Shown piece after piece: positions 47,200 to 57,425 of a stretch of DNA of 64,000 nt. The notes under the pieces were generated by a model that was not told the DNA's origin, ran no database searches, and saw only the letters and a program-made list of their open reading frames with translations. The stretch is from contig CAJRAX010000009.1 of assembly GCA_907165135.1 (NCBI GenBank), positions 1 to 64,000 on the forward strand, written 5' to 3'. Position 1 is the first letter of the stretch, and every line of letters begins with the position of its first letter. The translations under genes were made by a program, and so were the position numbers. This DNA comes from Oikopleura dioica (taxonomy: Eukaryota > Animalia > Chordata).

Positions 47200-50100
47200 T
47201 CATCAACTTCAAGGCCGTAAAATGCCCGAAGAATATTTTTTGATGAAAATGAACTCAATTCTCATCAATATTTTCGGCCAAAAACGATGTCAGACGAATT
47301 TTTCGATGAAAATGAATTCAAGCGATAAAAAAACGCAATGAAAAAAACGCATCATAATATTTTTAGATGAAAATAATCGACATCATCTAAAAATTTGGAA
47401 AAAGCATTTGACATATTTTTTCGTTTGCGTTCGCAATAATTAAAAACGCCCAAAAACGCATCATAATTACGGGCGATTAAAATGAACTCAACAGCATCTG
47501 ATTTCGCCAAATGCATCAGAATTGAGTTCCTTGATGAAAATTTGGAACAGTCTTGAAACGGAAAAACGAGAGCAGGGCTTTTTTCGATGAAAATGAACTC
47601 AACATCATCTAAAAACGAAATGAATGAGCATCATTCTCTTTTTTTTGACAAGAACTCAACATCATCTAAAAACTTATCTCAGCATCCTGATGCAGTGATG
47701 AAAATGTCTCAACATCATCTAAAAACGCCGAAAAACCATCAAATATTTTTTCGATGAAAATGAACTCAACATCATCTAAAAACGCCAAAAGACGCATCAG
47801 AACGTTTTTTCAATCGAAAATGAACTCAAAATGTTCATCTTCTAACGCCAAAAAACGCATCTCGAATATTTTGTCGATCGAAATGAACTCAACTTTTGGA
47901 TCTGAAAAACTGCCAAAAACGCATCAGAACTATTTTTAAGATGAAAATGAACTCAACATCATCTAAAAACGCGAAAAACGCATCAGAATATGGCTCGATG
48001 AAAATGAACTCAGCAGATCAAAAAACGCCAAAAAACGCATCAGCATATTTTTTTCGAAAAATTTCTCAACATCATCCAGCAAACGCCAAAAGCGGCTCAG
48101 AATATTTTTTGCCGAAATTGAACTCAACATCATCTAAAAACGCCAAAAACGCATCAGAATATTTTTGCGATGAAAATGAACTCAACATCAATAAAAACGC
48201 CAAAACGCATCAGAATATTTTTGCGATGAAAATAGAACGGGAAAATAACACCACTGATCAGCATGGACTAGATTTTAGACGAATTCTGGTCAAATTTATC
48301 GTGTTAAAAACTTTAAAAACGCATCAGAATAATTTTCGATGAAAATGAACTCAACATCATCTAAAATTCAAAAACGCATCAGAATTTTTTCGAGAAAATG
48401 AACTCAACATCATTAAAAACGCCACTTAAAAACGCATCAGAATATTTTACCGATGAAAATGAACTCAACATCATCAAAAACGCCAAAAACGCATCAGAAT
48501 ATTTTTCGATGAAAATGAACTCAACATCATCTATTCTCGCCAAAAACGCATCAGAATATTTTTCGATGAAAATGAACTCAACATCATCTAAAAACGCCAA
48601 AAAACGCATCAGAATATTTTTTCGATGAAAATGAACTCAACATTATGAAAAACGCCAAAAACGCATCAGAATATTTTTTCGATGAAAATGAACTCAACAT
48701 GATCGTAAAACGCCAAAAACGCAAATCAATATTTTTTCGATGAAAATGAACTCAACATCATTGAAAAACGCCAAAAAACGCATCAGAATATTTTTCGATT
48801 AAAATGAACTCAACATCATCTAAAAACGCCAAAAACGCATCAGAATATTTTTTCGATGAAAATGAACTCAACATCATCTGAAAATTCAAAAACGCATCAG
48901 AATATTTTTTCGATGAAAATGAACTCAACATCATCTTAAAAACGCCAAAAACGCATCAGAATATTTTTCGATAAAAATGAACTCAACATCATTTAAAAAC
49001 GCCAAAAACGCATCAGAATACCCGCGGGTCGATGAAAATGAACTCAACATCATCTAAAAACGCCAAAAACGCATCAGAATATTTTTCGATGAAAATGAAC
49101 TCAACATCATTAAAATGAACAAAAACGCATCAGAATATTTGGCGATGAAAATGCAACATCAAAATTCATTAAAAACGCCAAAAACGCATCAGAATATTTT
49201 TTCGATGAAAATGAACTCATGCCATCATCTAAAAACGGTAAAATTTTATCAGAATCGTTTTTCGATGATTCATGAACTCAACATCATCTAAAAATATCAA
49301 AAAACGCTCAGAATCTTTTCATCGAATGAAAATGAACTCGAAAATCATCTAAAAACGAAAAACGATCAGAACATTTTTCGATGAAAATGAACTCAACGTC
49401 ATTTTAAAAACGCCAAAAAGCATCAGAATATTTTTTCGATGAAAATGAACTCAACATCATTTAAAAACGATAAAAAACGCATCAGAATATTTTCCCGATG
49501 AAAATGAACTCAACATCATCTAGAAACGCCGAAAAACGCATCAGAATCGACCTTTTTCGAATAGAAAATGAACTCAACATCATCTTACAACGCCAAAAAC
49601 GCATCAGAATGATTTTTCGATGAAAATGAACTCATTGTTTTCATCTAAAATGCGCCAAAAACGCATCGAATCTTTTTCGATGAAAATGAACTCACCATCA
49701 TCTAAATACGCCAAAAACGCATCAAGAATCTTTTTCGACCGTAACATGAACTCAACATCATCGAAAAACGAGAAAAACGCGATCAGAAGGCATTTTTCGA
49801 ATGAAAATGAACTTTTCATCATCTTAAAACGGCAAAAACGCATCAGAATATTTTTCGATGAAAATGTTTCAAATCATCAAAAATTGCATTTTCGCATCGG
49901 TATATTTAATTCGAAAAATGAATTTCAACATCATCTTGAAAAACGCCAAAAATGCATCAGAATATTTTTTCGATTGAAAATGAACTCAACATCATCTAAA
50001 ACTCCAAAAACGCATAGGCGTTTTTTCAAAAATGAACCTTTTCATCATCTAAAAACGCCAAAAAGCTTTCAGAATATTTTTATTATGAAAATGAACAACA

Positions 50101-51550
50101 TCATCAAAACGCCAAAAACATCAGAATATTTTTTGATGAAAATGAACTCAACATCATAAAACCGCCAAAATCAACGCGCGTTTTTTCGATGAAAATGATT
50201 TCGAATCAATTCGCAAATTAAAACGCATCAGAAAATTTTTCGCAAAAAATGATGTCTCTTCCATCATCTACCGAGTGCACAAGTTCGCGTCAGATATACG
50301 TTATTTCGATTTTTGAACTCAACATCATCAAAAAACATCACTTTTGCAAAAGAATTATTTTTCGATCAGTGCCCATACTCAACAAAATTTAAAACGCCAA
50401 AAATTTCATCCAATATTTTTCGATGAAAATGAACTCAACACGAGAATATTCCTCACGCCAAAAACGCATCAGAACCCTTTTTCAAATGAAAATGAACTCG
50501 ACATCACAGAAAAACGCCATTAAGGCAATCAGAAATTTTTCGAAGAAAATGGTTCAACTGGATCTAAACCGCCAAAAAACGCATCAGAATAAGTCGATGA
50601 AAATGAATTCAACATCATTTTTTTCGCCAAAAACGCATCAAAGAATATTTTTTCGATGAAAATAACTCAACATCAATAAAAACGCCAAAATCGCATGGCG
50701 AAATTTTTTGTTTTCTTAAAATGGTTTCAACATCATATAAAAAGCCAAAATCGCATTAGAATATTTATTCGATGAAAATGACCTGTGTTCATGTGAAAAA
50801 CGCAAAAATGCATTAAATATTATCCTCGATTACAAATGAATCAAATAGATCAAAACTTTTCAAAAAGCCCTAGAAATATATTTCTGAATGAAAATGAATC
50901 AAAGAATTCAAAAAACGTCCAAAAAAAAAGATGCTAATATTTCATCGATGTTTTGGGCTCATTCATCATTTAAAAACGCCAAATTTTGCGACCATTTCAA
51001 ATTTTTTTTTCGACTAAAGCAACTCAACTCGCTAGGAATACGCCAAAAAAGCATCAGAATATTTTTCGATGAAAATGAACTCAACATAGCCTTTTGACGT
51101 CAAAAAACTCAATAATATTTTTTCGATGAAAATGAACTCAACATCAATTTTTAAAAACTCCAAAAACGCATCAGAATTTTTGTTCTTGAAAATGAACTCA
51201 ACCACATTCGAGATCAAAAACGCATCAGAATATCGCTTCGATGAAAATGAACTCCATCAGAAAAACGCTTCAAAATGCATTCGTTCATTTTATCGATACT
51301 AAAGATTTTTGTCAACATCATTTGTAAGAAGACTCGCATCACGCTCAATTTTCATGATGAAAATAACTGAACATCATCTAAAAATTAATTAGCAGCTCAT
51401 GTTTTTCGATGAAAATGAAGCCAAGATCATGGATAAAAATTGCCAACAACGTATCAGAATATTTCCCCAGCAAAATGAACTCAAAATCTTGATCGATGAA
51501 AAACGCCAAAAATATTCAGAACCTTTTCTCGATGAAAATGAATTCAACGG
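47200..51550 (-). repeat. Satellite B in inverted orientation, noisy, interleaved with element 7 traces
   Basis: Reverse-complement unit GATGAAAATGAACTCAACATCATCTAAAAACGCCAAAAACGCATCAGAATATTTTTTC. Confidence 0.85.
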
Positions 51551-51559
51551 AGACTCAAA

Positions 51560-54071
51560 AATTTCAAAAACGCATCAGAATATTTGGATCGTACAAATCA
51601 TAGAACCGGTGTCAAGAAGAAAATTAACAGGATTTGAAAAAATATTGGCCTGAACAAAAAACTGACCGCCACTTTTCGATAGAGAATTTTTGAAAATTTT
51701 TAAAGTAGGAAACTCTTTCTGACCATAAAGAGTTTCACTTCTTAGTTTTTTTGCTCCTCGTTCTTTTCCTTGCAATCCCATTGCCAGTGACCTTTTTTGC
51801 CACATACGTGACACACTATTTCTGGGCAAAAACGACGAGAATGGTCGTTTGTCTTGCACGAGCGGCATCTGAATTCTTGCCCTGAATTCGGACGTCGCTC
51901 GGAAGGCCTCGGATTTTTGGCCTTCTCAGCGGCCCCACCAAATTTCAGCGCAGAGATCTGAGCTGTCAATGCACTCATTTTTTCAGTCAAAGCAATTGTA
52001 TTTCGGTCGTTTTCTTGCCGAATTGACTCTAGAGAACGTTCAAAGTTTTCACTCTGCTTCGCGAGAGCCGAGCTCTGAGACTCCATGAAATCTCTCAAGC
52101 TCGATTCTAGCTCGATTTTTGAAACGCTGACTGATGCCGGTGGAGCAATGTGTCTATCTCGTGAGTCAAGAAATTCACATATCTCATCCGGCTTCGAGTT
52201 CCACTTCATATTATCCTTCAAAAACGACACGTTTCGTGGCGCAAGACTGTTCTTAAAATGACTAGAGAAAATATATTCCTGAGCACCGCTATCATCCGAA
52301 ATTAATTTTGCGCACGACTTGATGCGACCAAGAAAAGCTTCAAATTTTTCATCGATTTCGACGCGTCGAGCAAGAGAAGAAAGCTTCTCTCTAGCACGCT
52401 GAGCAACTTGCTCTTTGGTTTCTTTCGCAAAAAGATTAGCGATAAAATCGAGCCTTTTTTCCCAACCCTCGATAGAAGATAATTCCTCTGCATATTCAAC
52501 GTAAAATGACTCGGCAAGTGAGTCGATGACAAAAGAAGCGGCCTGACGCTCAAACTGTTTCAAAAGCGCACTTTTATTATCTCTAGAGTGCTCCTCTAAA
52601 GACCGATTGAAAAGCCAAGCCGCCCGCTGAATTTTATCATTAACTCGCTCGTGCCAATTTTTGTATTGAAAATATTTCACGCCAACGGCGAGAGAATGAT
52701 GCGAAGGGGTTGAAAAAAGCGTACCTAAGTGAAGAATTTCTTCCGGTGTTTTGGACCGCGTAGTTGTGGGTTCTGTCTCTGAGGGCGCCATGATACCTTT
52801 TCTGAGTCTCTTTTACTGCTGATTGCAATTAACTATCAATTTTTAATCAAATTTTCTGCAAGAAAATACAAGAAAATATATTTTGCGGCGTTCAGAGGGA
52901 GATTTATTGTGAGACTGATTCAAAATAAAATTTGGCGGTGAGCGAAAATTTTAGCAGGTGCGCGAAAATGCATAACAAAGGCGAAAACAAAGACATAAAC
53001 AAATGAAATTTCCTTTTTTGGAAATAAGGCGCTTCAAGTTCATCCGGTGTATTTTTTGAATCCATTTCGGATTTTGTATCTTCTTGCGGTTCGAGCCGGG
53101 TTCCCGAGCCGGAAGGGTTGAGTTTTCCAAAGTGAAGCGTTTTCTGAGTTTTTTCCGCCCAAAGAAGCCATTTTTTGTAAAAGAAGTAATTAGAATAAAG
53201 AATGTGAACATTTTAAAATAAAATAATTTATAATCAAAATTGGTCAGTTATTTTAATCATAAATTAAGCGCAAAAGGTGATAACATAAATTAACAAGCAT
53301 AAATAAAATTACAGTAAGAATTAAATCACATAAAAATTACAGGTTAATAAAATCATATTAAAATTACAGTTAAAATAAAAATAACTTCGGCTCACCTTTC
53401 GGCAGTTACTGACGCAGTTCCCTTTGCCTTGGTAATTCGCGTCAAGCCTTATCGTTAATAAGGAACCGAAAAGGTCTCCCGTATCTGCTCAATCGCCCAA
53501 GGAGTGCTTTGTGAAGTTGATGAGTATGAAAGGAATGAAGAAGGAAAGATGACGGGAAGGTAGGACCCGTTTTCGTCGTCCGCGTCGATAGAGCATAGTC
53601 GTTGTTGATTTCAAATTAAACAGAACAGAGTGAGTTCAAATCTATAGAATTAATGAAACAGGAGCAATGATGTTGAATTTTTAACAATTATGCCAAAGTT
53701 TGAGGCAACATGCGAATTTGAGTTCATTTTCGAAAAAATAATTTGCAAGCGGTTAGGGTTTTACATTGCTACATTTAGGAAGCTTTGCGATTTTTTGAAA
53801 AATGATTCTGAAATCAATAAATGAACAGTAAGTATGAAAGCACGCTTTATGATTTTCCCTATTTTCAAAGATTTTAAAGGATGCTAAAGAAGATTTGATG
53901 AGAGCATTGTTCAGCGGAATAATCGACGCGTTTTTGAGTGAATTGACAAATGTTGATTTCGATTAAAATGAATTTTATTCGTGAATCAGTTTTACGACGG
54001 GTTGGAAGATTGATCTTCCATTCATTTTCATCGATAAAAATAGTTGAAGATGCTGTTTTTTAGCGGTATTA
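51560..54071 (-). mobile_element. 5' part of Ty3/Gypsy element 8 (family 5): LTR, gag, protease
   Basis: LTR inner end TGATACC at 52791; possible outer end GGTATTA at 54065-54071 (uncertain); FLLDTGS near 51600; three-way-junction motif at 53395-53474. Confidence 0.85.
51742..52791 (-). CDS. gag: Gag polyprotein of element 8
   Basis: 349-aa open frame; knuckles CRSCKTNDHSRRFC and CHVCGKKGHWQWDC; A_AAA_AAC before the stop and a GAAACTCTTT/AAAGAGTTTC stem after it. Confidence 0.92.
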   Translation of the reverse strand: MAPSETEPTTTRSKTPEEILHLGTLFSTPSHHSLAVGVKYFQYKNWHERVNDKIQRAAWLFNRSLEEHSRDNKSALLKQFERQAASFVIDSLAESFYVEYAEELSSIEGWEKRLDFIANLFAKETKEQVAQRAREKLSSLARRVEIDEKFEAFLGRIKSCAKLISDDSGAQEYIFSSHFKNSLAPRNVSFLKDNMKWNSKPDEICEFLDSRDRHIAPPASVSVSKIELESSLRDFMESQSSALAKQSENFERSLESIRQENDRNTIALTEKMSALTAQISALKFGGAAEKAKNPRPSERRPNSGQEFRCRSCKTNDHSRRFCPEIVCHVCGKKGHWQWDCKEKNEEQKN

Positions 54072-54908
54072 GATGATGTTGAGTTCATTTTCATCGAAAA
54101 AATATTCTGATGCGTTTTTTGGCGCTTTTAGATGATGTTGAGTTCATTTTAATCGAAAAAATATTATGATGCGTTTTTTGGCGTTTTTAGATGATGTTGA
54201 GTTCATTTTCATTGAAAAAATATTCTGATGCGTTTTTTGGCGTTTTAAGATGATGTTGAGTTCATTTTCATTGAAAAAATATTCTGATGCGTTTTTTGGC
54301 GTTTTTAGATGATGTTGAGTTCATTTACATCGGAAAAATATTCTGATGCATTTTTGGCGTTTTTAGATGATGTTGAGTTCATTTTCATCGAAAAATATTC
54401 TGATGCGTTTTTTGGCGTTTTTAAAATAATGTTGAGTTCATTTTCATCGAAAATATATTCTGATGCGTTTTATGGCCTTTTAAGATGATGTTGAGTTCAT
54501 TTTCATCGAAAAAATATTCTGATGCGTTTTTTGGCGTTTTTAGATAATGTTGAGTTCATTTTCATTAAAAAATATTCTGATGCGTTTTTTGGCGTTTTTA
54601 GATGATGTTGAGTTCATTTTCATCGAAAAAATATTCTGATGCGTTTTTTGGCGTTTTTAGATGATGTTGAGTTCATTTTAATCGAAAAAATATTCTGATG
54701 CGTTTTTTGGCGTTTTTAGATGATGTTGAGTTCATTTTCATCGAAAAAATATTCTGATGCGTTTTTTGGCGTTTTTAGATGATGTTGAGTTCATTTTCAT
54801 CGAAAAAATATTCTGATGCGTTTTTCGGCGTTTTTAGATGATGTTGAGTTCATTTTCATCGAAAAAATATTCTGATGCGTTTTTCGGCCTTTTAAGATGA
54901 TGTTGAGT
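54072..54908 (+). repeat. Satellite B array, ~14 monomers
   Basis: Clean 57-58 bp tandem units. Confidence 0.95.
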
Positions 54909-55793
54909 TCATACCTCATCGAAAAATATAATGATGCTGAATCGCGTTTTCAGATGATGTTGAGTTCATTTTGATTTCAAAAGCTTACATCTGATGCTAA
55001 TTTGGTTGATTAGGCCTCGATGTTGAGTTCAAGAAAAATATGGCAAACCAAAAAATGCGTTTTAAAGGTTTGATGATGAGACTGAGGGTAATTTCTAGCA
55101 TGAGAAAATATTAGAAAAATTGTTAACAGTTTTGCACGTACGATGTGTGTTCACATATTTCTAGGCACATTAGCCAGCCCTTTTGATATCTTACGATTCA
55201 AAAGGTTTTATTATTAATCCCTTTTAGGTTTAAAATTATTTACGCATGAATTTATCTCACGATCTTCAAAATCAACTATCCTTACAATATTCTTGTTTTT
55301 TCTTTATTTATTTGCTTTCAAAATAAGTTGACTGTACTTGGACGACAAATCTTTTTGGACGCCGTTGGAAGACTCCTTCTTACTGTTGAGCTTCCCGTAA
55401 GGGCTGAACGCTAAGTAGCCGCGGGCAGAATATCCCAAACCGGCAAAAAGCGTTTATAAGCGCTCACAGGTAATCGAACTCGCCGAGGACCGGTTACTGC
55501 TTTTCTAGGAAACTGACCATTTTCGACATTGCAGTTACACGTGCGCGTGACGCCGACCCGACAAGAACGACAACGACGACATCTACTGACTACGACAACG
55601 ACGACGGAAACCCTGCCTGGACCGACAATGGAATTCTGACAACAACAACGACTAATGCCCTGGAATTTGTCGAGACTTGTAATAAAACAGTGGGTCACAT
55701 AGTGAGAAAGCTGTTTTATTACAAGTTTTTGAAAAAAGCGCCACCTATGGCGAATTGATAAAAATAGGAATTTTTCAAAAATATCGTAACATA

Positions 55794-57160
55794 ACGTACC
55801 CCCTAGCTCGCTCACATTTTGTGAACATTTTTCCCTTTTTCGCTTAGTTAAACTCCAACAAGACCCCCTTGGTCGCTCGCTTTTGTTACTAAGATCCGTT
55901 GGTCGCTTTCCTTCTTTTGCATTCTACGACCCCTTGTTCGCCCTCCTTGGTTTCGACGGCGCACCTTTGCTCGCCCGCCTTTCTCCGTCATTTATCCCTT
56001 GTTCGCTCCTGAAGCCCCGCGAGAACGCTTTATAACGCGTAGCTCATTTTCTTTTTCACTTTTAAAAGGCTTTTTAACTCGTAGAATGGTCTCAAAATTC
56101 GATTTTCATGATTTTTTCCAAGCAAACTTATCTTTTTATGCTCTTTCACGTCCATTTTGTCAAATTTTCATATCTTCTTAATAAGAAGAAATTTGGACAC
56201 TCCATTTTAGTAAACATAAGTACTCGAAATACATGGATTGAAACTTTGAGACTGTTTTTATAAAAAAATCGAATGCCATTTTCCTCGAGAGTTGCAAATT
56301 TTGATTACTTTTTCCGAGCTGAGCTGAGCTGAGCTGACCTGCGAAAAAATTTCTCTGAGCTGAGCTGAGCTGAGCTGGCCTTTTTCAGAGGTCATTGAGC
56401 TGAGCTGAGCTGAGCAAACCTTTTGTTTAAGAGAGTTGAGCTGAGCTGAGCTGAGCGGACCCTAATTAGAGCTGAGCTGAGCTGTTTTTTACTGTTTTTT
56501 GGTAGTAAAATTGTATTCAAATCATTGAGCTGAGCTGAGCTTAGCTAAGTGATAATCGTCTGAGCTGAGCTGAGCTGAGCAGAACAGATCATGCTCGAAA
56601 ATAATGGAGCTGAGCTGAGCTGAGCTGGGCAGATCATTTTCCAAAATCACTGAGCTGAGCAACTGCTCAGCTCACTCAGCTCAGCAAATTTGCAACTCTG
56701 GAACCAGTGTCAACATGAAGATTCGACTATTTTGAGTATAAATGTACATATAAAGTCAAACTATCAAGTTTACGGCATAATACAGCGTTGCTAAAAGATA
56801 TAAAAATTTAACTGGACGCTTTAAAAAGAGGAAATGAAGTTAAGTTACTGCCAAAATATTCATGAAAATGAAAATATACCTTAATATTGATAAGGTAGTT
56901 CCCTATGAAAAGCTTGAGTCGAAAGTACAGTAAGAGCTGTAAGAGCGACCCAAGCCAAGCTAGGCTTTGGCGGTCTCGCGGCGAACAAGGGATAAATGGG
57001 TGAGGAGGAGCGAACAAGGGCGCGCGAGGTAAAAAGAAGGATGGCGACTAATGGAGCGCGCTGAAACAAGAATGAGAGCGAGCAAGGGGACTTTGATAAA
57101 ATTTAACTAAGCGAGCAAGGGAAAAATGCTCACAAAATGTGAGCGAGCTATTCCAATCGT
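55794..57160. mobile_element. Non-autonomous TIR DNA element inserted in the element 9 LTR
   Basis: ~50-bp imperfect inverted repeats (TAGCTCGCTCACATTTTGTGA.CATTTTTCCC..CGCTTAGTTAAA); probable TA duplication at 55792-55793 and 57161-57162; absent from the element 1 LTR at the same site. Confidence 0.75.
56288..56699. mobile_element. Small TIR-bounded unit filled with (GAGCT)n blocks, inside the previous element
   Basis: 14-bp TIR AGAGTTGCAAATTT/AAATTTGCAACTCT; about nine clusters of 2-4 GAGCT pentamers; no TSD found. Confidence 0.6.
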
Positions 57161-57425
57161 TATTATATAATTATCTGAAATTGATGTTACGAACACAGAT
57201 GATGAAAGTTTGCCGATAACGCCTTACGTAAGAAGCCACAATGGCCGAAATGGCCCCATTTACGAAAACAATAGAAAAATCCGGAACCAACCGGTTTCCG
57301 AAATGGAACTTTTCAAAATTTGAAATTTCAAAAATCATTCTCGATTATCAATAAAACCACCACCAGCTTATTTTATTTTTCGTGTTCTTTGCAAGGATTT
57401 TAGCAAGCCGCAATTTGTATCAGTG

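Noticed and set aside
56316-56685. Immunoglobulin switch-region-like GAGCT repeats
   Set aside because: They are short, bounded by TIRs inside a transposon, with no immunoglobulin context.
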